Shown: in pieces, positions 35,347-47,294 of the stretch
How positions within the stretch are numbered: position 1 is the first letter of the stretch
Layout: each line of letters starts with the position of its first letter
Source of the DNA: Hypanus sabinus
Lineage: Eukaryota
Direction: 5' to 3'
Assembly: GCF_030144855.1 (NCBI RefSeq)
Contig: NC_082706.1
Location: forward strand, 110,298,001-110,362,000
Length of the DNA: 64,000 nucleotides
The notes under the pieces: model-generated
Database searches by the model: none
What the model was told of the DNA's origin: nothing
What the model saw: the letters and a program-made list of their open reading frames with translations, nothing else
Made by a program: the position numbers and the translations under genes

Positions 35347-38300
35347 TTTTTAAATTCTCTTATTAAATTTTCAAATAGGTTACAGAAAGAAAAAAGAAAA
35401 TTATCGACCCTTCCCCCCCTCCCCTTAACCCCTCCCCCCTAACATATCCCTATAGAGAAAAAAAAGAAGAAAAAAGAAAGAAAGAAAGAATGCCTGGATT
35501 TCGGAAGATCCCCACACGCTCCATGGAGTTCATAATAGCTTTAATATGTATATTTATTTCTTTCCCCAGATAACCAATAATTTTATCTTTGGAGCACCTA
35601 TATATTTAATCCTATATTTTGTAAATAAGAGCACCAAATTTTCAGGAATATTTCATATTTATCTCTTAAATTATGTAATTTTTTCAAGTGGAATGCAGCT
35701 AAAAATTTCATTCTTCCAACGATCTATACTTAAGTATGAATCCGATTTCCAAGTAACTGCAATAGCCTTTTTGGCCACTGCCAATGCAATTTTTATGAAT
35801 TCTTTCTGATAATTATTCAATTTGGATTTTGATTTTATCCCTTCAATATTGCCTAGTAAAAATAATATTGGATTGTGTGGAAGTTGTATTCCAATAATTT
35901 GTTCCAATAAACCTCTTAAATTTGTCCAAAAAGGTTGAATTTTAGAACATGACCAAGTAGAGTGTAAAAAGTATCAATTTCTTGATTACATTGAAAACAT
36001 TGATCAGATAAATTTGAGTTTAGTCTATTTATTTTTTGTGGTGTAATATATATTTAATGTAAAAAGTTATATTGTACTAACCTTAGTCGAACATTTATTG
36101 TATTTGTCATACTGTCAAGACATAACCTTGACCAACTTGTTTCATCAATTTTAATATTCAAATCAGTTTACCATTTTTGTCTTGACTTATGAATTCCTTG
36201 TTTAATTGCTTGTTTTTGAATCAAATTATACATACCAGAAATATTTTTTAAATTTTTCCTTTATGAATTAAGGTTTCTATTTCATTAGGTTTCAGCAATA
36301 ACATTGTTTGACCCAGTTTATCTCTTAAATAAGCCCTTAATTGGAAATAACAGAAAAGAGTGTTATTTGATATTTTATATTTATTCTTTAATTGGTCAAC
36401 TGACATTAATATACCTCCTTCAAAACGGTCTCCTATATAACTAATCCCTTTGTGAAACCAGTTATATAAAAGTTGATTATCCATTGTAAAAGGGATGTTT
36501 ATTTTGAATTAAAGGTCTCTTTGCTAATAAAGGTTTCTTTATCTCATCATCAACATTTATCTTATTCCATAAATCAATCAAATATTTTAGCATAGGAGAT
36601 TCTTTCTTTTCCCGTATCCATTTAGATTCCCATTTATATATAAACTTCTGGTATATTTTCTCCTATTTCGTCTAATTCTATTCTAATCCATGCCGGGTTT
36701 ATCTTCATCAAAAAAAGATACAATAAATCGAAGTTGATTTGCTTTGTAATAATTCTTAAAATTTGGTAATTGTAACCCTCCTAGGTCAAATTTCCATGTC
36801 AATTTTCCCAACGATATTCCTGACATCTTACCTTTCTAAAGGAATTTCCTCATACATTTATTTAAATCTCGAAAAAATTTCTGTGGTAATTGTATTGGTA
36901 ATGTTTGGAATAAATATTGTAATCTAGGGAATATATTCATTTTTACAGCATTGACTCTACCTATTAGTGTTATTGGTAACATCATCCATTTATCAAGATC
37001 CTCTTGAATTTTTTTCAATAATGGCAAATAATTTATTTTATATAAATTCTTTATGTCATTATCAACTCTTATACCTAAATACTTTATACCGTTTATCAGC
37101 CATCTAATTTGAGTTATTAATCGACATTGACTATAATCGTAAGGGATAGAATTTCACTTTTATCCCAATTTATTTTGTACCCTGATATTTTCCCATATTC
37201 TTCCAATCTGGAAGATAATTTACGCAACGATTGTAATGGGTTAGTTAGATAAATCAGAACACCATCAGCAAATAAGTTAATCTTATATTCCTCCTGATTA
37301 ACTCTGAAACCCATAATATCTGAGTCAGTTCTAATTAATTCAGCTAATGGTTCTATCACCAACACAAGTAAAGCAGGTGATAATGGACAACCTTGTCTAG
37401 TTGACCTTGTTAACTGAAATGATGTTGAAATTTGGCCATTTGTCGCCACTTTAGCTTTGGGGTTAGTATTTAAGGTTTTAATCCATTTTATAAAAGATAC
37501 TCCTAATCCATATTTTTCCAATACCTTAAATAAAAAATCCCATTCCAATCTATCAAGTGCTTTTACTGTATCCAAAGCAACTGCTGCACTCATTTCTTCC
37601 CTCTTCTGTGCCAAATGAATTATGCTAAGTAACCGAGTTACATTATCTGCCGATTGTCTATTTTTAATAAATCCTGTTTGGTCCATGTGTATTAATTTTG
37701 GTAAGTATTTAGATAATCTGTTAGATAAAATCTTTGCTATTATTTTATAATCCATGTTCAACAAAGAAATAGGTCTATATGATGTTGGTTTTAAAAGATA
37801 GGAATAGGTCTATATGATGTTGGTCTTTTTTTGTCAATACTATTAAAATAGCTGTCAAAAAAGATTCTGGAAGTTTATGCATTCTTTCCGCTTGGTGTAT
37901 TAGCTCCATAAAAGGAGGAATTAATAAATCTTTAAACTTTTTGTAAAATTCAGGTGGAAAACCATCTTCTCCTGGAGATTTATTACTCTGAAGTGATCCT
38001 AGAGCTTCTTTGACCTCTTTTAATGTAAAAGGCACATCTAATCCCTTCTGTTCTTCCAAATTCAATTTTGGGAGAGTTATTTGTGATAAAAACCTTTCTA
38101 TCTCAACAATATCATTTCGTGATTCTGATTGATACAATTCAGAATAAAAATTTTTAAAGGTTTCATTAATTTCTAAAGGTTTATAACTAATTTTATTTAC
38201 ACTTGTTCTAATTGCATTTATCGTTTTGGAAGCCTGGTCTGTTTTTATCTGCAAGCAAGAATCTTGTGTGATCTTTCACCTAGTTCATAATATCTCTGTT

Positions 38301-40509
38301 CAGTTCTCATAATTGCTTTTTTCTGTTCGGTATGTCTGAAGTGTATTATGTTGTAGTTTCTTTGTTTTTCTTCTCTCATATATCTTTGAGATTCTTTTTC
38401 TAATTTTGTAATCTCTTTTTCCAATTGATCTATTTCTACCATATATTCCTTCTTAATTTTAGAAGTATAACTTATTATCTTGCATCTCAAATATGCCTTC
38501 ATCGCTTCCCATAATATAAATTTAACATCAACTGAATGTGAGTTTGTATCTAAAAAAAACTGAATGTTTTTTCATAAAATCACAAAAATCTTGACATTTT
38601 AATAATATTGAATTAAATCTCCATCTGTAAATCAATTCCTCCTTATCCATCATTATCATTGTCATTATCAAGGGGGAATGATCTGACAATATTCTTGCTT
38701 TATGTTCCATATTTTTCACTCTGACCTAAATATTCGCTGATAGTAAAAAAAAATCTATTCTTGAATAAGTTTTATGTCTATTTGAATAAAATGAATAATC
38801 TCTCTTGGGTTAATTCTCCATATATCAATCAAATTTAAATCTTTCATCAATGATAAAGTTAATTTTGCTACTTTTGGTTTTGTGACAACCTTTGTTGACC
38901 TATCTAAAACTGGGTCTAGACAAAAGTTAAAGTCTCCACCTATTAATATTTTATTGTGTGCGTCAGCCAAATTCAAAAAAGCCTCCTGTATAAATTTTAC
39001 ATCTTTTCATTTGGTGCATAAATATTCATAGGAGTCCATAGTTCTGAAAAGATTTGACAATGTATAATTACATATCTTCCTGCAGAATCAATTAATACAT
39101 TTTGTATTTTAATTGGTAAAGTTTTGTTGACCAAAATTGGAACTCCCCTTGCTTTTGAATTAAATGAAGCTGCTCTAACATTTCCGACCCAATCTCTCTT
39201 TAATTTCTGATGTTCTATCTCTGTTAAATGTGTTTCTTGTATAAAAGCTATATCTATTTTCATTTTCTTAATGCATGTTAAAATTCTTTTTCTTTTCACC
39301 AGTCCATTAAGCCTATTAACATTAAAACTTTAAAAATTCAGTAAATTAGTCATTATTTTTAACGGGGTTACTCTAGTCTATAATAATACGTAATATTTCA
39401 ACTCTCATAGTACCTTGGAGAATTATTGTAAAATTCTCCATGTTGCTATGTGTCTCCCCTCCGATCATCCAGGCAAAGAAAGAAGGATAGATTATAAAGA
39501 AAAAAAAAACAAAAAAAAACCCTGCTAATGTTGTGAATGAAAAAAAACACAACATTACCCCTCTCTGTTGTGCAGTTCATGGCAATTGCCATGATTACAC
39601 ACGTGAATCCCGTAGCGATCGATCCGAAGTTTCCCCAGCTGCCCCGTAACATGAAAAAAGTATATATAAAATAAGAAAAAATAATATCACTACTCTCATT
39701 TAATATTTCTCAAATTTTTACCTTTCTCCCCCTGTATTATACAATTAAAAGTATATTTAAATATTCTTGTCTTTAATTTCCATCAGCTCACTTCAGTGTC
39801 CCCGTCTTTATCTTTAATCTGTTTCACTTTTAAATCTTTACTGTGACTAGTGAATATTTGGGAGTTCTTGTGCAAACTGCTCTGCATCCCAATGATCAGT
39901 AAAAAATCTTCTTTTTCTGTCATCCAAAAAAATTGTCAGTGTTGTCGGGTGGCGCAATATAAATTTATAACCCTTTTCCCATAAAACATTTTTCGCTGAG
40001 TTAAATTCCTTCTTTCTCTTCAAAAGGTCATAACTTATATCAGGATAGAAAAGAACTGCTTTCCCTTCTATCATCAATGGCTCATTTCTCTTTCTGGCAT
40101 ACTGGGCAGCCGCCTTCAGGATCTTTTCTTTATCTTGATATCTTAAGCATTTTATCAAGATTGGTCGTGGTTTTGGATCAGGTTGGGGTTTTAACCTTAA
40201 GGCTCTGTGGACCCTTTTGATTTCAATCAACTGGGTTCCTTCTTCCATTTCCAAATTTACCGGGATCCATTTTTGAAAAAATTTTATTGGATCCTCGCCC
40301 TCTGTCCCTTCTTTAAGACCAACAATTTTAATGTTATTTCATCTATTAAAAATTTCAAGCACGTCTATTTTTTCCAACAGTCGTTTTCTTTCTGATGTCC
40401 AGGCAAGAACATTATCTTCCATTTTATTCACTCTCTCAATAGTGTCTCCCGTTATTTCTTCCAGGTTTTTAACTTTCTTGTCCATTTTCTCCTGTTTTTT
40501 CACCATTTT
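35347..40509 (-). mobile_element. L1-clade LINE, about 5.2 kb, 5'-truncated in ORF1, frameshifted
   Basis: ORF1 (RVHRALR...PRPILI...FYPDIS), APE endonuclease (IAFIQETH, NIYAPN, GGDFN, SDHSP), RT (TRQGCPLSP, LFADG), A-tail. 16-bp TSD ATCTTGCATAATCTTT at 35331-35346 / 40510-40525. Confidence 0.95.
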
Positions 40510-41644
40510 ATCTTGCATAATCTTTGTCCTATATTCTTATTGGTAGTTTGAGAAAATGCTGGGGAATGTCCTGAATCTATTCTGAGTATCTCCCCTGTTG
40601 TCTTTATTTGTTGGGTCTAGTTTTCTCGTCCATAAAATTAAATAGGGTGAAAATTCACACAATGAGGTAAATGGACAGCTAATTTAATAGTCAATAGTCC
40701 TACTATTGCCCAAAGGTAAAATCAACCCTGATATCTTCCTAGATAACACTTCCATGATGCCGATACCTATATTTGACACAGGTCCTCCTGAAAGACTAAC
40801 TCGAGTACATGGCACATGAGCTGTAAAAGGCAAGCATATCCATGCAGTTGCAAAGTACTGCTTCTATCAGAAAAAACTGCTAAAAGTTTTAGTACATGGT
40901 ACCAATTGCTTCAGCAGTACACACATCAATTTGCTTCCAAATTTATACATCAATGGAAAATATATACTTTTGTGCTACTCCTGACATCTGGCAAATTAGT
41001 TAGAACAGTGGGGCCTAAGTCACAGGCTCATACTAGAATGAGGCATGAGAGGCAGATTGTGATGTCCCGATTCACACAAAATTGTTTTGAGAGAAGCATC
41101 GTTAAATTTGAAATTGGACCATGAAATTCTTGGTAACACTATGTTAATTGCACTCTGGCAAATTTGAAGTTTAGCAGCGTGAAAATAACAGTGCTTAATA
41201 ATACCAGATTAATTTAAATGGATCTTGGCTGATTTGTACTTAATCAGAGGCAGGTTTAACTGTATACATATCTTCAATTCTTATTAGTAGTATCAAACGG
41301 AGTTTCAGAGTGGATGGAGGAGATACAAAATACCAGAATCTGAAATTAGCTGAAAATTGAACAATGGTTCCAGCTTCGTTGCCTTCTTGTTGCTCAGTAT
41401 TGCTGGCTGGCCAGAAGAATGGCATAAGGGGAAAGTGCAAACTACCCGGGCATTGAATATGGGATGACGGTCTCTGGCTTACACTTATCCAGAGTGGCTT
41501 CCTACACTTATTTGATCAAGAATTTCCAACTTCAGTGTAGATGAAGTAAAATTTATGAGATTGAATTTTGCTTTGTTTTCCATTAGCCAACCATATTTGC
41601 TAGGTTATTACTCTTTTGCAATGCAGTGTAAGTATTTCATTGCA

Positions 41645-42603
41645 TGGCAGAATTAAACAAGACTGGGAAAAAGAGCTTCAATATACTATATCAACAGAAA
41701 AATGGGAAAAAATTCTACAAATGGTTAATTCTTCTTCTATATGTGCTAAACATACTTTAATACAATTTAAGGTCGTACATAGAGCTCATATGTCTAAAGA
41801 TAAGCTTGCTCAATTTTACTCCCATATTAACCCTCAATGTGACAGATGTCACTCAGAAGTTGCTTCATTGACCCACATGTTTTGGTCATGTCCCACCTTA
41901 TATAACTATTGGAAGGACATATTTGCTATCATTTCCTCAGTTTGGAATATTGATTTACAACCCCATTTTATTACTGCAATTTTTGGTATACCAAATGAGG
42001 ATAGTAGTCGACTTTCCCCTTCAATTAGACGAATGATTGCTTTTACAACTCTAATGGCTAGGAGGTCTATATTACAAAATTGGAAAGAAGTAAACCCTCC
42101 TACCACGTTTCAGTGGTTCTCTCAAACTATTTCTTGTTTGAGCTTAGAAAAAATTAGAAGTACTATTTTTGATCCATCAATTAAGTTTGAAGAAACTTGG
42201 GGACCGTTTATTCGACATTTTCATGTGAGTTAATTTGACCTCTTCCGGACCTTTTCTCTTTTTATCCTTGTTCTGGTATGGAGTTCCGGAGTTCTTGACA
42301 CTATCATGTACATATAAACTTTTATTATTGCCCATGTTAGTCTAGGTTTATTTTTTTTTCAATATATATTTTTTTATTGTATTTTTTATATATTTTTTTT
42401 CTTTTCTTTCTTTTAGTGATTATCCTTTTTCATGTATAATCAATATAGGTTTGACTGATTATTATATGATGTTTTTTTACTAACATTTTAATAAGATATT
42501 GATATCTTATCACTATTTCAATTTCAAGCCTAATGTATTTACAATCTATTTAATATTATGTTATGTTATTTTTTATATATGAAAATCAATAAAAAGATTG
42601 AAA
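41645..42603 (+). mobile_element. L1-clade LINE 3' fragment (different lineage)
   Basis: CDRC...HMFWSC zinc knuckle, AATAAA and A-tail. 15-bp TSD AAG(T/A)ATTTCATTGCA at 41630-41644 / 42604-42618. Confidence 0.92.
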
Positions 42604-42862
42604 AAGAATTTCATTGCAATCTTTTCATAATGCCACTGGGAGACTTCTTGGCCCTTTTGGGCAGAGAAATTCTAACACCAGTCACAAAACAGCCCTCATT
42701 AAGGAGATGCTTCTGTGCTGGTTAGGTCAACACTGTTTTAACGGGAACAGGCTGCCGATAGAATTGGGCCCCACACATTACTTTGATTGCTTTGATTCAT
42801 TGGCAGAGAATATAAGACTTGCCCAGCCATTAAATACCTATTTATTGAGACCCACACATTAC

Positions 42863-43039
42863 CTTAAGTCTAGCAGAAGTAACCTGAAGCAGCTTAAATA
42901 GGTTGACTGGTGACCAGCGCTTGTTGTACCGTGCAACAGCTGCAGAAGCCACCTGTCTACCAGTGAAAGTGGAAGAAGGAACACTGGCAGTCAAAGTAAG
43001 GAATCCAACAAGCAAAATAATCTTCTGCAACATCTTCAT
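42863..43039 (-). CDS. Cathelicidin/NGP-like secreted protein, coding exon 1 (signal peptide + cathelin/cystatin helix)
   Basis: ATG at 43039 gives MKMLQKIILLVGFLTLTASVPSSTFTGRQVASAAVARYNKRWSPVNLFKLLQVTSARLK (59 aa). It has a hydrophobic signal peptide, then AVARYN...NLFKLL resembling cathelin AVxxxN...NLYRLL. Donor AAG|GTAATG, phase 0. Confidence 0.88.
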
Positions 43040-43210
43040 AATACCTTTCACGAACAACCAGAAGGTATGTACTCTGATGCAAGCAAAGCAAATGAGTGAC
43101 TTAACTCACAAAAAAGGCAAATGTCATTGAAAATGGTTAATTATTAATACTTCAGTTTGCTGATATTTTTGTTGTCAACCTGGTCATTCCTCAGATTGCA
43201 AAATTTGTTT
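43040..43210 (-). promoter_or_regulatory. Putative proximal promoter of the cathelicidin-like gene (HNF1 and C/EBP motifs)
   Basis: GGTTAATTATTAAT (43135-43148, HNF1-like), TGATGCAA (43075-43082, C/EBP-ATF-like) and ATTGCAAAAT (43195-43204, C/EBP-like), all within 170 nt of the ATG. Confidence 0.45.
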
Positions 43211-43639
43211 TTCTGAACTTTTTGTGCCTCTTAAATCCTAACATTTGCAACTGTATTTGTAAATAGTTGCTTTCATACTTTCCAGTGTGGAAATGATTCT
43301 CAAGCTAAAGTCTGGACTAGTAACATGAAAGTGATTTCAAACCCCATCTACTATAGTTTGAGAACTTAAATTCTGCTGAAATATGTAAATTAAAAAGACA
43401 GCATCAGTAAAAGCTACTGGAGTAATTTCAAATAGCTTGTTCACCAATCTCTTTTGGAAAGGAAACCTACTTTTTATGCAATACAACATTCTGTAGCCTT
43501 GCGACTTATACTTGTTTCCCTGAAAAAACAGGCTGTTGACTTAGATGTCTGTGCCCCAGCATTACCGACTTCTTCCCTGACAATCACATATTCTGACAGA
43601 CTTGAAGTCACCGAGGAAGATCAGTTTGCATCATGACAG

Positions 43640-44520
43640 AGATCGCTTAAGGGCAACGGGAATAAAGGGAGCCTTTTTATGTTTGGTTGCCGGTGACTAG
43701 TGATATTCCATAGGGGTCTTTGTTGGGACCGATGCTTCTTACATTATATGTCAATGATTTGGATCAATTGATGGCTTTGTTGCAATGTTTGAAGATAGTA
43801 TGAAGACAGGTGGAGGGCCAGATACAATTGAGGAAATAGAGAGACTACATAAGGACTTAGGCAGATTAGGAGCATGGGCAAAGAAATGGCAGATGGAATA
43901 AAGTATCAGGAAGTATCAGGATGTGCAAGATTCCCGAAAGGTTAACTTGCAGGTTGAATCTGTGGTGAGGAAGGGAAATGGGATGTTAGTATTCATTTCA
44001 AGAGGACTAGAATATAAGAGCAAGGATGTAATGTTATAAAGCACTGGTGAGACCTCACTTAGAGTAATGTGAATAGTCTGGGGCCCCTTACCTTAGAAAG
44101 CATATGCTGAAATCAAAGGAAGTTCACAAAAATAATTCCAGGATTGAATGGCTTGTCATACGAAGAGTGTTTGATGGCTCTGGGCCTGGATTCACTGGAA
44201 TTCAGAAGAATGAGGGGTGACCTCATTGAAACCTATTGATGGTGAAACGCCTTGATAGAGTAGATGTGGAGAGGATGTTTCCTATGGTGGGAGTGTCTAA
44301 GACCAGAGGACACAGTCTTAGAATAGATGGGTGTCCATTTAGAATGGAGATAAGGAGGAATTTCTTTAGGCAGAGAGTGGTGAATCTGTTGAACTCTTTG
44401 CCACAGGTAGCTGTGGAGGCCAAGTGTTTATATATATTGAAGGCAGAGGCTGATAGATTTATTATTGGTCAGGGCATGAAGGGATATGGGTAGAAGGCAG
44501 GAGATTGGAGCTGAGAGGAA
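43640..44520 (+). mobile_element. Decayed CR1 LINE
   Basis: RT remnants and TRGHSLRI...RNFFRQRVVNL. Confidence 0.85.
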
Positions 44521-45097
44521 AATTTTATAAAATGGCTTATAAAATTTATTGTTATTTATTTGTTATCTGCATTTGCAGAGTTTGTTTACAGTTTACAGTT
44601 ACTTTTCTATAGATTTGATGTATGCCTGCGGAAAAGGAGTCTCAGGGTTTTATGCAGTGACACGTCTGTACTCTGATAATAAATGTTGCTTTTAAGTTTG
44701 AACTTTGAACAGTTGAGACATATGCACTGATAATCCTAACGTGCTGGTTCTCCATTAGAGGGAGCCAGATTTGTGATGCATTTACTAAAGCTGTTTTTGA
44801 TGGCAAAACCAACCCCAAGGAGGTGGTGTTTTCCTTCTTGTTTACTTCATCATGTGCTGGCCATCACTGAACTGAGTGACACTCACAGTCTGTAAAAGCA
44901 TAGAACAATAGGACAAGGGAGAAATATCAGACCATTCAGCCCATTGAGTCTACTCTGCCATTCCATCATGCCTCGTTTAAATTCCTCTTTCACCCCCATT
45001 CTCCTTCCTTCTCCGTATACCCTTTGTCGCCCAAACTAATCATGTACCCATCAATCTCTACTTCAATACCCAACGATTTGTATTCTGATCCTGTGCC

Positions 45098-45350
45098 TGT
45101 TGTGTATTTAATATTTCTGTAATATTTGACTAATATGGTAAATTATTGTTTTGATTAAGCATTCTTTGTTGTTTAAATAATTTATTAGGTTTATGCTGCT
45201 TGTAAAGGTACATAAATGGCATATGGCACTACACCACGTCACATGTATGACCTCCTTAAAAGTAAAACAAAACTAAAGTAGACATGTGTTACTTCCTGAC
45301 TGAGTTTTTCTTTCAATTAGAGTTATGTTTTGAATTTACAAAACATAACA
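45098..45350 (+). mobile_element. Probable Gypsy-type LTR remnant
   Basis: TGTTG...CATAACA termini followed by PBS-like GTGGTGA; no TSD. Confidence 0.45.
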
Positions 45351-45859
45351 GTGGTGATTTATGTGTGTAGGATTTCTTACTCTTGTAGAATAATGACTTT
45401 CCTGACAAAGGGGGTCATTCTGCTTGGCAGGAGAGACTTGCTTCTGGTATCAACAACATCCTGATGTTACATTGCAGCCAGCTCCTGTTAAAACTGTATT
45501 GATCTAACTGAAGATTAGAAGTACCATTGTTTTGTGACTGGAGTTTGACATCCTGATGAACCTCTTCTGCTCCCTCTCCAATGCCTCCACATCCTTCCTC
45601 TAACTTACTGACCAGAATTGCATAAAATATTTCATGTGCCATCTTACCAAAGTTTTATACAGCTGCAAGTTCATTGTTTATAGAACAAGCACAAACAGTC
45701 TAACATAAAACAATACTCACAATGGCTGTGTCAATTTAAACTAATCCCATCTGATGATGCACGGTCTATATCCTCCAGTCCCTGAACTTTTTGAATTTAA
45801 TACTTCGCACTTTGTATCTTTATACTCACCTGACACCAGCAGGTAAGTGCCTTCACAAA

Positions 45860-46505
45860 AGGTGTACAACAGCACCTCTACTTGCTTCAAAGTTTGTGTA
45901 AATTGGGTATGTCACCTAAAACTTTGACAAAGTTCTATTGACACACAGTGGAGAGTATCCTATCTGGTTGCATCACAGTATGAGTACAGCAATGCCCAGC
46001 AAAGGAAGAGCCTTCAGAACAGGAAAAGCCCTCTCCAGCACTGAGCACATTTACATAGAATGCTGCCACAAGAAAGCAGCATCCACCATCGGGGTTCCCT
46101 ACCATCCAGGCCAAGCTCTCTTCCCACTACTATCACTGGGCAGGAGGAACGGAAGCCTTACGTCCCATAGCACCAGGTTCAAAACCAATTATTACCCTAC
46201 CACCATCTGGCACCTGAACCTGGAGAACTTCACCTGACACATCTCTGAACTGATTCCACAACCTACAGGCTCACTTTTAATGATATTTTTGCAATTCCAA
46301 AGAATTGAAAAGAGATATTTTTATTTCTCCAAGTCATCCTCGTTTGCACATTGTTTGTCAGTGTTCATGTACCGGTCATCATAAGTTCTGTTGTATTTCT
46401 TTATTTTCCTGCAAATGCCTGCAAGAAAATGATTCTCAAGGTAGTATATGGTGAAATATATGTACGTTAATAATAAATTTACTTTGACCTTTGACTTGAC
46501 TTTGA
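45860..46505 (+). mobile_element. Rex1/Babar-like 3' fragment
   Basis: HPGQALFPLLSLGRR...RFKTNYYP; (CTTTGA) tail. Confidence 0.7.
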
Positions 46506-46677
46506 TCACCATAGCTACTTGTGCTGCCTAGAGAATTATTCAGACCCGACACAGGAAGATGACCTGAGACAAGCTCTTGAGTTAGAAGCGGGTACTGAAA
46601 ATACATTGGCATTAATAATGTACTGGACCAACATAAAAAGGAATATTATTTATAGAAATGGATTCCAATTCATGTCG

Positions 46678-46916
46678 ACGAGGAGGAATTTCTTTAGCCA
46701 GAGGGTAGTGAATCTGTGTAATTTATTCCCACAGATGCCTGTGCAGGCCAAGTCATTGGCTTTGTTTAATGCAGAGGTTGATTAGTCAGGTTGGAGAAGG
46801 CTATAGGAGAAGGCCAAACAAAGGGGTTATGAGGGATGATAAATTATCCATGATGGAATGGCAGAGCAGACTCAATGGGCCAAGTGACCTAACTTTGCTC
46901 CTATTTCTTTTGGTCT
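46678..46916 (+). mobile_element. CR1 3' fragment
   Basis: RRNFFSQRVVNL and 3' UTR. Confidence 0.75.
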
Positions 46917-47294
46917 TAAATATATTGCACTTCCATAAAACAGGCAATGGATGCATCATATACCACACATCCCATGGGCCAAAGCCAATCATGAGCATTG
47001 TACTAGACAAGCCTAGCTTGGTGAGTGCTATTCAAAATCCCCATATTTCCCTGCAGCACCCTCTGGATTGGAGTATTCCCAGAGTGGATACTGTTGACTG
47101 ACAGTGGACTTTGTGACAAAGAGACAGTCAAATAAACTCACTTTTAAGTCACTGACAGTTTGGAAGATGCAATGTTATCACTTTTCAGTTGCTCTCCAAG
47201 GCTTTTATTATATCTCCAACTTTTTTGAGTGTTGACATATACTGTAAAATTTGCATCCCTTCGATTTAAAGGAACTAATATGCAAGATTACTTA

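Noticed and set aside
35347-40509. Active L1
   Set aside because: 5'-truncated, with multiple frameshifts and stops, and the RT motif is degenerate (FADG).
28565-43039. Naming the - strand gene CAMP, NGP, SPP2 or a type-2 cystatin
   Set aside because: It lacks QxVxG/PW (not a typical cystatin). Its exon layout and locus favour the cathelicidin lineage over SPP2, but one-to-one orthology cannot be shown without phylogeny, so no symbol is given.
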